Shown one piece after another: positions 1-13,697 of a stretch of 64,000 nucleotides of DNA. The stretch spans positions 8,803,360 through 8,867,359 of the forward strand of contig NC_043019.1 of the NCBI RefSeq assembly GCF_006345805.1, read 5' to 3'. The notes under the pieces are model-generated. The model ran no database searches. It was not told where the DNA came from and saw nothing but the letters and a program-made list of their open reading frames with translations. Position numbers and translations under genes: made by a program. The stretch's first letter is position 1. Every line of letters starts with the position of its first letter. The stretch is from Octopus sinensis (lineage: Eukaryota).

Positions 1-1358
1 ATTATTTGACATCTCGGATATCACTGCAGTTATTAACGAAATTAAAAACAACTCAATTGCAGCTATCCCCGACAGGTATCCCGCTATAGCCCTGAAGGTG
101 TGCCCACATCAACTGGCATTCGCTTCAGGTATTCTCCAGAGGAAATCAATGGACGCTGGCTATATTCCTGATGATTTCCTATCACAGTCGATGGTCCCAG
201 TTTTGAAAAAGGGAAACAAATCGCTGAAAATAGATGTCCCCTATCTCATTTCATCAAATTACTGGTGAGATCTCTCGAGGAACTCACTTTCTGGAATCTA
301 ATAGCTTAGTTGTACCCGATCCGTATGGTTTCGAAAATGGCAGGAACTTCGTAACAACTCCTGCATCAATGTGATGACGTTATAAAAGTTCTGAGAGAGG
401 GATTCATTGCAGATGTCACATATCTTGACATCTGGAAGGCATTTGATAAGGTTGATCAGAACATCCTACTAAAGAAACTATCTAATACCGGAGTCCGAGG
501 GAAACTGTTAAAGTGGATTGAACGTTTTCGGAACAGAATTCATCATGTGGTGATGCTGTTCGATCAAGACTCACCAGTGGAGTCCTACAAAGCATCGTAT
601 TGGTCCCACTCCTTTTCATTATTAACATCAATGTTATGGACGTCACCAAACACAACAGCAGTAGAGCTTTCGCGGATGACTCTGAGCTTCTGAAAGTCAT
701 GGAGAGGACAAGAGATCGGGTCAAAATTCAATGAAATCTGCTTGCATATATATGCATATTATATATTTCATATATATATGTATATACGTATATATGCAAA
801 TATGTATATACATGTATCTATATGTGTGTGTATATATATGTATATACATATATATCCATATATACATATGTATATATATATACATATATGTATATATGTA
901 TATATATATATATATATATCTATATATATATACATATATACACACACACACAAAGACATGTACAAACAGAACCGTGTATACCCAGCAATCTATCCGCTTC
1001 ACCTACCAACGTAGCATTCTATCTAACTGTCTCTCTCCCCCTCTCTCTCTTCATCTCTCTCTCACTCTCTCTCTCTCTCTCTCTCTCTCTCATCTACATA
1101 TGTATATATGTATATGTGTGTGTGCTTAATAGCATATTTCCAGTGGTCGGTAAAAGACAATATGCAACTGATCCACTTCTGTAAAGATGCTGCTCTAAAG
1201 CTTCCATAACTTTTCCCACGGGGAAACACCTCGTGGCATCAAAAATCGTGAGAGACTTCGGAGTAACGGTCAGCAACAAATTAAAGAGAAAACCCTACAT
1301 AAACGACAAACTCAGCAAACAATGCTCCTCGATCTTCAGTTTTTTTCGGTTTAGAGAC
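1..1358 (+). mobile_element. Decayed CR1-like LINE reverse transcriptase fragment (frameshifts and stops), interrupted at 750-1137
   Basis: Manual translation across frameshifts gives [110 protein letters not shown] (RT catalytic FADD). After the insertion it continues [24 protein letters not shown]. This order matches CR1/Jockey-group RT. Confidence 0.85.
750..1137 (+). repeat. Composite microsatellite cassette, copy 1 (TA/CA/CT tracts around a unique ~85-bp core)
   Basis: Core ACAAAGACATGTACAAACAGAACCGTGTATACCCAGCAATCTATCCGCTTCACCTACCAACGTAGCATTCTATCTAACT. The order of microsatellites and the end GTGTGCTTAATAGCATAT recur at 2213-2567. Confidence 0.9.
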
Positions 1359-1767
1359 TTGTTTTCTCTTTTCACCTTTCGCCCGTCCTCACCTTGCGAT
1401 TTTCGTTGTGTGCCTCTGTGTGTGTGATGCTATGTGCATGTGTGTGTGTGAGACCATGTGTGTGTTGGCGTGTGATTTCGTTGTGTTATTTAGAATTATG
1501 GCGGAATACTGAAAGGCAGATACCAGTTACAAATAATATAAAGGCTGATTACAACGAAGATATTCGTGCAGAATTAACCGACCTCCCTTAGAAATTTGTT
1601 ACAGAGTTCCTTGTCTCCGGAGCACACATCTATCTTTATAAATTCCCTACGAATGTGTATGTATTTGTGTGCATCTGTCTATATTTGTGCATTTGTGAAT
1701 ATCTGTGTATATACGTCGGTTTGCGCATTTGATGGACAATATAGTTATGTATTTACTCTACTATACG

Positions 1768-1804
<37 letters not shown>

Positions 1805-1837
1805 TGACAGATACACACATGCACACACATCTATATC

Positions 1838-1897
<60 letters not shown>

Positions 1898-2172
1898 AGC
1901 ATGTCTATGCCTATATACTTGCGTATGAGCGTGCGAGTGCAGCCGGGGGTATCGAGGCGGAAGCAATAATTCAACAGGTTACCATGCCAACAGATACACC
2001 ATGCTGCATATCTCAACAAGTTATCACGCTGCATGCTTTTAATGCTCTGTGTCGAATCGAAATCGAACTCTCTGATTGATCCTCATTCATGTCTTCAACG
2101 TGCGCATGTGTACATGCACCCACACGCGCACACACAGACACACATCTACATCTACATATATGAATTATTGTA

Positions 2173-2212
<40 letters not shown>

Positions 2213-2219
<7 letters not shown>

Positions 2220-2357
2220 TGCAATGTTATATATTTCATATATATATTATATACGTATATATGCAAATATGTATATACATGTATAATATGTGTGTGTATA
2301 TATATGTATATGCATATATATCCATATCTACATATATATGTATATATATATAAATGC

Positions 2358-2401
<44 letters not shown>

Positions 2402-2567
2402 ATGACATGTACAAACAAAACTGTGTATACCCAGCAATCTATCCGCTTCACCTATCAACGTACCATTCTATCTAACTCTCTCTCTCTCTCCATCTCTCTC
2501 TCACTGTCTCTCTCTCTCAATCTACATATATATATATATGTATATGTGTGTGTGCTTAATAGCATAT
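2213..2567 (+). repeat. Composite microsatellite cassette, copy 2
   Basis: Core differs from copy 1 by about 5 substitutions, with the same flanking microsatellite order and the same 3' end. Confidence 0.9.
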
Positions 2568-2571
2568 ATAC

Positions 2572-2609
<38 letters not shown>

Positions 2610-3140
2610 TATATATCGATCGATAGATCGACCTCTCTCTATGTCTGTCTGCTACAGAATCTTTACTTTAATAACTCAATGACTTCACCTGAACAAAACT
2701 TCGTTTTAACGAGCAAACATGAATCATCGTTTAACTGAGTGACTCTCATGGATGTGCACTGAGTGACTCATAGATTTGATAGCGTGACTCATATACCTAA
2801 ATTTAGCCGTTGCTATTGATGTCTTTTAGATTCAGGTATTCTCTCAATAAACGAACCCGACATCAAAGACGTTCCAGCGTGACCATTCCTCCTTTACTTC
2901 AGCTGGTCGATTGATGATTATCTTACCCTCTGATTCTTTTCAATCATTAAAACAATAGAGTTTATTGCTGTTTCTGCTATATTCAGCAATGGAGTTGGAC
3001 TCTTCCACATATTAGGCTATTTCATGCATACACACACACACACACACACCTCATGCTTATGTATTTATAAATATATATATATATATGCTCATATAAATAC
3101 ACATATGCATGCATGTCCACATACATATATACATATATAT

Positions 3141-3196
<56 letters not shown>

Positions 3197-3205
3197 TAGA
3201 TAGAG

Positions 3206-3278
<73 letters not shown>

Positions 3279-4410
3279 TCAATGTTTATGTATCTATGTA
3301 TACACATATGTATACGCTTCAGCCTAATAGAGTGATAGGAGAACTTGGCGTTACAGTTAGATACTGATGTTCTATTCGTTCGTCTGCAACCCCTGAAGTA
3401 GTTGCCCCAGCTTGACTGCAATTCCCCATGACTGATATTTGTAAAACTTATATATCTAACCCTGAATGTTTCTCCTGCAGCTTCTTAGACCCAACTCTGT
3501 TATTCAGCTGATTTGTGATAGAAAAATTTAAGAAACATGGCCATTTTTCACATCATTTAATCAATCACTTTATTTATTTATTACCTATCTATCACTCTCA
3601 ATAAATAAATATTATTTATTGAGGGTGATAAAGTTTGCAAGCTAAATTGTTCAATTCAAATTTCATGTCGCATTTGTTGATTTTGCCGTTTTGTGTTACT
3701 CCTCTTTTCACTCCGGTACGCATCTCATATTTTCTTTCAAATCACCTCTGTCTGTAAATGCTTTTTGTTCAGGTAGCGAAAACGTCTTCGCTTTTGCGGC
3801 AGCCTCTGCACCGTTGGTGAATACTAAACCGACCAGAAATATCGTGTGGCTTGGTTAAATTCGGTGGACTGCAATCATAATGAAATATAACAGAACCAAA
3901 GCGCAGAAACCGCTACAGAACCTGAAAACAATAAAGAAAACATAAAAAGGCAACGAAATGATGTTTAAAATACACCATGCGCCACACATTGTCTCCCCAA
4001 ATTCCATAAATTCCATTCGATGCCATAACGTTTGCGATCTTCTTACTAAGGGATGCAAACCTTTGATCGGAGCTGAGAGTTCTCAAGTGCAAATATTATG
4101 ACGACAACCTGTGAGATGATTGCGTATCATGCGCTGAACCTAAAACAGCCTGAAATAATAGAAAGTTATTGGAAATCCCTGGATTGTAACAACCTAAAAC
4201 TGGTTCCCATAAAGAATTTTCAATGATTTATATCGTATTCAAATAAAATGAGATTCATTGTCATTTTTCGGCTTATCAAGGTCTCAGGAATCATTAAGTT
4301 CTTCGAGAAGTACTTTGAACCAGCGGTCATTCATGAGTTCTTATTCACCTGGCAATTGGTCAGCCGACTGGAACTTCCGGTTTCATAAAATTATAACTTT
4401 ATATAGCTTC

Positions 4411-4836
4411 ACTTTTATATCTTTTAACTTTTATTTGATTCAGTCATAAGAATGCGGCAATGATGGAGCACCACTTTGAGGAATTTCTAGTCAAACGATT
4501 CAACCCCATTACTGAGTTTTTAGGCCTGGTACCCATTCTGTCGGTTCTCTTACCGAAATGCTAAGTAACGGTCACCTAAACATACCAACACCGGCCGTTA
4601 AACAGTGGAGATGATAAACACAGAAACACACAGACACACACACACACACACACGCACGCACATATATATATACAAAGGACAAGGCTTCTTTCAGTTGACG
4701 TCTACCAGATTCACTCACAAGGATTTGATAAGCCTTGGTCTATAAAAGAAGACACCTGCCTAAAGTGCCACGAAGTGAGATTGAATCCCAAGCGATATTT
4801 CAGAAGCAAACTACTAACCACCCAACCACGTCTGCT
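4411..4836 (-). mobile_element. SINE family A, full-length, diverged
   Basis: The reverse complement matches other A copies: tRNA-like head, ..GACGGAAACTGAAAGAAGCC, internal (TA)n(TG)n, GGTGCTCCAGCATGGCCGCAGTCAAATGACTGAAAC, and a (TAAAAG)n-like tail. Confidence 0.85.
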
Positions 4837-5791
4837 TAAATAGAAACATCCTTAATTTTCACAATTATTTTAACTATATTTAATTCTTTCCCACATATTT
4901 TTTAATTTTATGTCACAACTCAGATTCTTCCCATCATCAGTATGCATATTATTTCGATTATTCTTTATGCCCCAAATACATATTTAACACACGTCAACTC
5001 GTTTGTATTAAATACTATTTTCTGGTGCAAATCATAAAGAATTTGTCGTTGCATTTACTATAAAGGTGGTGGGTTAACCGGATCCGTGGGTCTCTTGCAC
5101 TGCACGCTCTCACATTTTACGTTCTGAGTTCAAATACTCCTAACATCAAATTTGCCCACCTCGTTCTAACGTACGTAAATTAAGTAGAATTAAAATTTTG
5201 AAGTCATTCTAACCGACCATACTTCGCAACAGAACTTCTGTGACACAAATAATATAGTGTTTGTCGTTTGTATACAAATATTCATAGAAAAACGGACTCA
5301 GCAGTCAATACACATACAAACACATTTAGAAACATACGCATACACACAACAACACAAATTTATATGAATACGGGTAGGATTCTATATGGTCCTATGTGTT
5401 GCTGTGTGAGTATGACATGTAGAGTGCTACGAACGTATATTTCTCTGAGTGTGGGTATGATTGCTCCAATACGTGCGATGAGAATATAAATGTGATTGTA
5501 TGTATGATTATATATGTGTGTGCGTTTGTGCGTGCATGTATGTATGCGCGTTTTGTGTGAGAGTCTGTATACGCGTGTGAATAACTGTTTTATGCGCGCG
5601 TGATTCGAGCGCGCTGTGGGGCGGCCATTTATGAAATTGTGTTCGTGGTGAAACAGTTAACTCACGCCAGAAAACCATAAGCGTTACCATGGATATATTG
5701 CTAAGCAGTGAAGTGAAAAATATGCTAATAAACCATACAGAGTTATGATGAAGCAACGACAATGCATAAACGTGGATGAGGCGATTATCTG

Positions 5792-5826
<35 letters not shown>

Positions 5827-6015
5827 GACAGAGGTGTACATTTGTGTGTGTGTGTGTGTGTGTGCGTGTGCGTGTGCGCGCGCGCGCGCGGATTTTATCT
5901 ATTAGGAAGGTGCATACGTGTGCACAAACCCTAAACAGTTATTTTGAAGCAATGGAAATGCATATTCACAAAAGATGTTATGAATGGTGCAACAATAAGC
6001 TTGCGTCTTTACATA

Positions 6016-6080
<65 letters not shown>

Positions 6081-6219
6081 AACAAACACACAAACAAACA
6101 GAAAATCAATCATACATAAACAAAGGCAGATTCATACATTGCAGACAATACAGAGTCATAAATATACACGTGCTGATATATGTATGTATATATGTGGATG
6201 TGTGTATGTGTGAATATAC

Positions 6220-6290
<71 letters not shown>

Positions 6291-8099
6291 TGTGTGTGTG
6301 GCGTGTGTTCACGCTTATATATACATACATACACACACATATGTACATATATATATATATATAGTTGTAGATATACTGACGGTTGAACGGGCTCATATAT
6401 GTTGTATGCATACATGTAGATGTGTGTGAGAGTGTGTGAATTTCTAGAACTATACATATGTGTGTGTGCGCGCGCGTGTGTTTATGTGTGCATGAAAACA
6501 CACACACACACACATATATGAATGAAAACTACCGTATATCTACAAGACTTCCTTTTCAGTATTAAAAATGACAAATAGCGTTTATTAAAACCCCGCAATA
6601 TTTCAGGCCCCTGCTCTGAGACATAGCGAAGGAGGAATTCAGACGGAGATGAAATACCCTATGAATCCATCTTGTTCAAGGTAGAACGCGTTTCATTATT
6701 TATACGCAACAAGGCAATATTTATATCTTCGATCGATCAGCAGTTGGACGATCATAATACACCTTAGGTTTTTTTTTCCCTTTTCCCGTGAAACTCTGAG
6801 CTATTCTTTGTCTCTTAAGACTCACTAATCAGCCGCGGTCGAACTGTGCTCTACGTCCCCTAGAAAAGAAAAATGAACATTTGTTCTGTTTATTGTATTT
6901 ATTCATTTTTTTTTTCTCTTGTGACTTTTAGTAACCTTTCAAATAAAGGTTATATTCTCTTTATCATATAAGGATATTATTTTTTTGATGTTCTCCATAG
7001 GTTTGTAAGAAAAATATATGAAATTTGTACATGTGATATTTTACTAAATGGGGATGTAAATATATATTTCAGGTTCTTTCTTCTTCCTGCCCCTGTTTTC
7101 TGGGTGGGGTTCGATGGGTAAATGATATTTACATAAACCCGACGACAATTCGAACGTAAGCTCCAAATGATGAAACAAACGCAGAATCCGACCGATTTGG
7201 AGTGGAAAACTACTTCGAATGGGAAACCTTTTCTTCCCGCGCATCACGATAGGAACTGGAATATTTTCATTGAGAGATCGATGATGACAGGGAGATGAAA
7301 TTTATAGTTGGTAACATGCACATGCATACGTATACACAAACACACAAACACACACACATATTCTCACCGAAACACACATTCTCATAAGCACACACACACA
7401 TACACACAAATACACACAAATACACCGGCAAATACCTGCACACTGTCTCATGCAAACACAAAGAAATATACACACACAGGTGCTCTCTCATTCTGAGCCA
7501 GTTATTCTACCATTACAATAATACGTTCAATTCAAAAAGACTTTCGGCTATTTTCCGAAATAAAACGACAAGAAACGGGTTTATTCTTTGTTCCCAAATG
7601 ACTTGCCTTTCAGAACAAATTTTCTCCAGGTTTCGGCCAATCGCATGTTGATACGTACACGATATAATTAACATCTGTTTGTGTATATGTAAATAATCCT
7701 ACTTATAATTTGCTTAGAGCGGTCACTGACATCAGCAAGAGGTAACCCGCCTTCATATATTAGCTATGCAATAATTCAGCTCTCTTTAACTATTTCATCC
7801 TCTGCTTCTCACTGATGCTGCATCTCCACACCAAAGAAACTCTCTCATTGATTCATTCCGTCCATAAACACATTCGATTGACAACAATTTCCTCATATAT
7901 CTCCGTACAGCAACCAACTCGCTGTCATTTCCTGTTATGTCCACGCCCTCACGAAGAAATGAAAAGAATCAGTTTTGTCACGCCTAGAAAAAGGACATGT
8001 CCTAAAACACCGGAACTCTTCTGGCAACAGATCACGAGTTTAACGAAGCATTCATTGTACCACTTAAAAATTAATACACCACACACACACATGCGACTA

Positions 8100-8400
8100 G
8101 ATGCTGTTATAAATAGTTCATCAGAAATTCAGTCATCAACACCTGACTTTCGTTGACCCAAAAACATGTCCCCTTCTTTCTAGCTCTCCTGTGTGACCCC
8201 TCTGTCCGGCATTCGCTATGATAGATCGGTAGCCACTACACAATCTTTATTTTCTCTCCTTGTTTCTTTCTTAGTTCCTTTCTGTCGAAGAGCGTCGGCT
8301 CGAAACGTTTAAGAATTTTTCATTTCATGAGCGTTAAATTAATACATCTGTTTGTTGTCTACACCATCTGTCTTCCTCTTTTGTTGATTCTGTGAATTTT
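8100..8400 (+). mobile_element. Penelope-like element terminal (pLTR-like) remnant
   Basis: Pyrimidine-rich stretch, then CTGTCGAAGAGCGTCGGCTCGAAACGT and an ~80-bp downstream segment shared with 33395-33490. The Penelope-like assignment rests on this motif and is an inference. Confidence 0.55.
8275..8315 (+). ncRNA. Minimal type-I hammerhead-ribozyme-like motif (non-canonical core)
   Basis: CTTT / CTGTCGAA / GAGC-GTCG-GCTC (4-bp stem II) / GAAAC-GT-T / TAAG. Stem I pairs at 3 of 4 positions; stem III is the palindromic ACGT; position 6 is U rather than A. Confidence 0.35.
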
Positions 8401-8415
8401 ACCCCTATACACGCG

Positions 8416-8451
<36 letters not shown>

Positions 8452-8523
8452 TACTATATATATATACTATATGATATATATATATATATAATAAATGTAT
8501 ATAATATATGTATATATATACCG

Positions 8524-9128
8524 ATGATGAATAAACATTTCCATGCGCTTTGCCGAGGGGAGCAGATGTCTGTTCGACTTCGCCAGGTAATGTTGGTCGT
8601 TTATTTATGATGTGTTCAGAATCAGTTCTACTTATGAACATAGACGTATTTGATGCGTTAAGTGTGAAATCACAGGTGATATAGAACTAAATTCATTTTT
8701 TAAATGTCTTGCTTCGAAAACTGCATTAGGTACGATTAGTGAAATTTTGGTAGTAATGACTTATGTCCCTCTTAGCGTGAGGCATTTATGTGTAATAATG
8801 CCCCCTATACAATATAAATTAATATTTTCAAAGAAAAAAATTTTTTCGAATTTTTTCTCTTATCAGGTTTTTCACGCTAACTACCTGATAATTTCTTGTT
8901 AAGATTCCTTATTAAGAAGTTATCCTTAATTGTTAAATTTATTCTGAAGAAAAATTTTTCGTACCCGACATGCAGTTCGAGAAAGCCCGCCATTTACCGA
9001 ATATATGATGAATAAACATTTCCATGTGCTTTGCCGAGGGGAGCAGTTGTCTGTTTGACTTCGCCAGGTATGTTGGTCGTTTATTTATGATGTGTCAGAA
9101 TCAGTTCTACTGATGAACATAGACGTAT
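8524..9128 (+). repeat. ~125-bp direct repeat pair (8524-8649 and 9005-9128)
   Basis: ATGATGAATAAACATTTCCATG..GAACATAGACGTAT occurs twice, differing by about 4 substitutions and 2 single-base indels. Confidence 0.95.
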
Positions 9129-9137
9129 ATATATATA

Positions 9138-9180
<43 letters not shown>

Positions 9181-9233
9181 ATATTAGTAATATATATATA
9201 ATATATATATACTTACATACTACCTACTATCAT

Positions 9234-9606
9234 ATTGTTTCAGTCATTTGATTGCCTTTAGTCGAAGAAATCGACCCCCATGACATATTCTTTGTAAACC
9301 TACTACTTATACATATTCTATCGGTTCTTTTGCCGAGCCGCTAAGTTACGGGGACGTCAATACACAAACCTCGGTTGTCAAGCGATGGTGGTGGGACAAA
9401 CACAGAGACACAAACATATACACGCACACATACATGTATATATATATGTATATACATATATGTTCGACGGGCTTCTTTCAGTTTCCTCTATACAATCCAC
9501 TCGCAATGCTTTGGTAGGCCCCAGGCTATAGTAGAAGACACTTGCCGAAGGTGACATGCAGTGGTGCTGAACTCGCAACCATGTGCTTGATAAGCAAGCT
9601 ACTTAC
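9234..9606 (-). mobile_element. SINE family A, near full-length with a small internal deletion
   Basis: CGACGGGCTTCTTTCAGTTTCC, GGCTATAGTAGAAGACACTTGCC, CTAAGTTACGGGGACGT and TTTCAGTCATTTGA are shared with other copies. Confidence 0.9.
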
Positions 9607-10137
9607 AATATATATATTATATATATATATATATATATAATATATATATGTACATACATGCATACATATATATCTATATCTATATCTATGTATATATATA
9701 TATATATGCTTACATACATACACACATGCATATATATATGTGTGTGTGTTGTGTATGTATGATGTGCACTGTTATACGCAGGTGTATTTCTGTACGCATA
9801 TAGCTTTATATGTTTGCTTGTCTATGTATATATGTTAGATAAAGAGCCATTACTACATCACAAAATCTAACGAAATGCGTTCGATCCCTTTTCATTCCGA
9901 GTTCGTATCACGTCTCCATAAAACTTTGTTTACCGTTCTTTTGGGATCGGTAAATATAATATCAATTGGATTCCATTTCAATAAATCAGCTGTTTTCAGA
10001 CCTGAAACATAGAGTTCAGTTCTACCAAGATCTTAAATAGTAACTAAGAGCTGATGTACGTCACGTTGGCGTCACTAAGACGGTATCAGACGTGATGGTA
10101 ACATCACTGTTGCTTCCACGACCAAATTTCTATACAG

Positions 10138-10238
10138 AGAAAATCACATAGAGAAAGAGGGGAAGAAAAGAGAGACGAGAGAGAAAAACAGAAAATCACA
10201 TAGAGAAAGAAGGGAAAAAAAGAGAGACGAGAGAGAAA
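10138..10238 (+). repeat. Tandem duplication, 2 x ~52 bp, GA-rich
   Basis: AGAAAATCACATAGAGAAAGA..GAGAGACGAGAGAGAAA occurs twice with 2 substitutions. Confidence 0.9.
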
Positions 10239-11500
10239 GACAAAGGTAGAGAGATAAGGAGAAAAAAGAGAAATTGAGAGAGAAAAAGATCAAGCGAAAG
10301 AGAGAGTGAGAGAGAGAGAGGGAGAGAGGGGTGGGTTTATTGTGTATAGAAATGGAAGAAATACATGTAAAAATTACAACGCTTTATATTAATTTTGATA
10401 CAGTTAAGAATGAAGCCAGAAACTGAAGCGGAAGAATTTTTTTCAGAGATGCATCTGCTTAAATATGTTTTTACACACTTAACGGAAACATTCCTTTTCT
10501 GGTAAGAAAAATAAAAAAAGAATTTCTATTTTTATTTGTTGTGATGGAACTCTTTAAGTATATCATATTTTATCTATATAAAATAATTTTAGATTCAACG
10601 CAGTTTGATATACGTCGTAATCTATTGAGTACTTCGTTAAGCTTTTTACGAAAATACCTTCCTGTTGTATTTGTGCTGCTCTGTAAACCCCCATCAATTT
10701 TAACATTATTAAAACGAAGTTTTTCAGACAATTATTTATGTTTTGCACTCAGTATGAGTCATTTTCTTCACATTTATATTATTTAGTTATTTATTTATTT
10801 TATTTATATTTTTATGAAGTCACAACATTTTGACTCAATTCACTTTAGGTTGCTGTTCCGATTTCCATCGACGTAAGTAACGAAAAGAATTTCTTTTCAA
10901 GTCCACGGATAACCGAAGTATGTGTGTGAATACAATTTCTGTATATATAACTGTGCGGAAAGCAAAATTATGTCTAGATGAAATATATATATATATGTGT
11001 ATATGCATATCTCTTATAATATGTACGCACTGATCACTTTCCGGCGTCACATCCCTTCATATAATATTCTATTATAATTCTAGAATCGATGTAATTTGAA
11101 ATATATATTCAAATGTACGAGACACATTTGTAATGTTTTCATAGCAGGAAGTTATGTATACCAAACAGGAATTCATATATAGATATACGTGTATGGGTGA
11201 TATCTATGCATTCAGAAACACACACACAATCACACACAAATGTACATATATATATATATATATATATTCACATTCACGTACACACATTCCTGCACACTCG
11301 AAGAGACGCGCATATCCAGGAATGTGTAAAAATTGACGTTATTAAGTCACTGGCTTTCAATATCAAGACAGTCGACTTGTAGAACCGATACCGACACAAA
11401 ATTATGAATGGTTTATTTCGTCTTCAAAATGTATCGCTTGACAACTCATTTCATATATGTATGTGTACACACACACACACACACCCACACATATATTATA

Positions 11501-11546
<46 letters not shown>

Positions 11547-11796
11547 TATATATATATATACACTATATATGCATATGTGTGCGTGTTTTATATATATATA
11601 TATATATGAATATGTGTATATATATACATGTATATATGTAAATATATGTATATATATATGAGTGTGTGTGTATGTTTGTATATGCATACATATATATATA
11701 CATGTATATATATATGCACATATATATATATATTACATAATATATATGTAATACATATATATAATATATATATATAATATGTATATATATGTATAT

Positions 11797-11843
<47 letters not shown>

Positions 11844-12489
11844 TAATATATATATATGTATGTATGTATGTCTGTATGTATCGCTATATGTATTTATAGA
11901 TTATATACTTTTCCATGATGCACACAAAAGCTGTGAGTCAAATTAGAAATTTCTTATCAATTGTCAAACTAATTCCAATTTGCAAATTTGCTTTTTCCTC
12001 TGTGTACAAAATTCTTATCTTCCGAAATGCTTTGCATTGTGTCACAACGGGACTCCATGAGATAACGGATTTAAAGGGAAATGATGAGATCTATAATAGG
12101 TTTGAAACTAGAGAAAATGCGATACGTATGCCATGATGGCAATAACTTTTATGCAAATAGCTCAAATTTCTGTGCACTAAGCAATGAGGTGTTTCTGAAG
12201 AATTAGCGCCACAAGTTGTTGTGTCTACGTCATAAGAGTAAATTTTCTGAAGACGCTGTCATCAAATTAATAATGTTTATGTATCTGGAAAATCCCGCAG
12301 GACAGTGACATTTTTATCTACAACGACCGGCTCACGATGATGTTTATACAAGGAAGCAGTAGTTCTGATTTTACATCGTCTACATATTTAGATAGTGTCC
12401 TACCCTATCTTGGCGATTTTTGTATTCGTTTGGGATCGGAACAGGATATCCCGAGCTGAAATGATTTATTGTTTTGTCAAATGTGTAGT

Positions 12490-12690
12490 ATAGTTAGCAC
12501 GCCAGGAGAAATGCCTGGGGACATCCCATTCTTCGGTACGTTATGAGTTCAGAATCTTTAGCGGTCAATTTTTGCCGTTAATCTCTTTCGGAGTAGAAAA
12601 TAAAACTACCTAGGGAACGGTGGAGTGGACGTAATAGGCTTAAACCCTCTCTAGAGATTGATGGCTTTGTGGCAAGATTGAAATCAATAT
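12490..12690 (+). mobile_element. SINE family B, old diverged copy
   Basis: GTTAGCACGCCAGGAGAAATGC..GAGTTCAG..TCTTTCGGAGTAGAAAATAAAACTACC is colinear with the young B copies. Confidence 0.6.
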
Positions 12691-12803
12691 AAAAGGATTG
12701 TCTTTATCTCTGCAGGTTGATACTTTATCTAGTATATGTATGACTGTGATCATAAATCTCACTTTTTATCTCTCTCTCTCTCTCTCTTCTCTAATACGAT
12801 ATA

Positions 12804-12868
<65 letters not shown>

Positions 12869-12998
12869 GATAGGTAGATAGGTAGAGAGAGAGAGAGAGA
12901 GAGAGGCATCATATATATATATATATTTTTGTATACATATAAACATATATATATGTATTATGTATGTATATATATATATATACATATACATTTGTTTA

Positions 12999-13029
<31 letters not shown>

Positions 13030-13228
13030 CTTTACTACCCACAAGGGGCTAAACATAGAGGGGACAAACAAGGACAGACAAACGGATTAAGTCGATTACA
13101 TCGACCCCAGTGCGTAACTGGTACTTAATTTATCGACCCCGAAAGGATGAAAGGCAAAGTCGACCTCGGCGGAATTTGAACCCAGAACACGTAACGGCAG
13201 ACGAAATACGGCTACGCATTTCGCCCGG
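13030..13228 (-). mobile_element. SINE family B (tail type 1), young, slightly 5'-truncated
   Basis: The reverse complement has a B-box GTTCAAATTCC, the core GAGGTCGACTTTGCCTTTCATCCTTTCGGGGTCGATAAATTAAGTACCAG (resembles the Nin/Deu-type SINE domain, from recall), and the tail TCCGTTTGTCTGTCCTTGTTTGTCCCCTCTATGTTTAGCCCCTTGTGGGTAGTAAAG. Confidence 0.92.
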
Positions 13229-13300
13229 TATATATATATATGTATATATATATACATATACATATATATATATATGTATATATATGCATAAATATATAGA

Positions 13301-13697
13301 GGTGTAGTAGTGTCTGTGTGGTGAATAGTTTGCTTGCAAGCCACATGGTTCCGGGTTCTGTCCCACTGCATGGAACCTTCGGCAAGTGCCTTCCAATATA
13401 GCCTCGGGCCGACCAAACCTTCGTGAGTGCATTCGACAGAAGGAAATTGAATGAAGCGTGTGGCATATATATATATTTGTTTGTGTGTTTGTGATTTTAC
13501 CCCCATCATCACTTCACAACCGATGTTGGTGTGTTTACGGCCTCGTAACCTAGCTTTTCGGGGAAAAAACCGTATAGTATAAGCACTAGGCTTACAAAGA
13601 ATAAGTCCTTGTGTCGATCTCTTCGACTAAAAGTGATGCTCCAGCATGGCCGCAGTCAAATAACTGAAACAAATAAAAGAATACAATAATAAAAGAA
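13301..13697 (+). mobile_element. SINE family A, full-length
   Basis: A-box-like GTCTGTGTGGTG, B-box-like GGTTCTGTCCC, internal (TA)/(TG) tract, and 3' GCTCCAGCATGGCCGCAGTCAAATAACTGAAACAAATAAAAGA. Confidence 0.9.
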
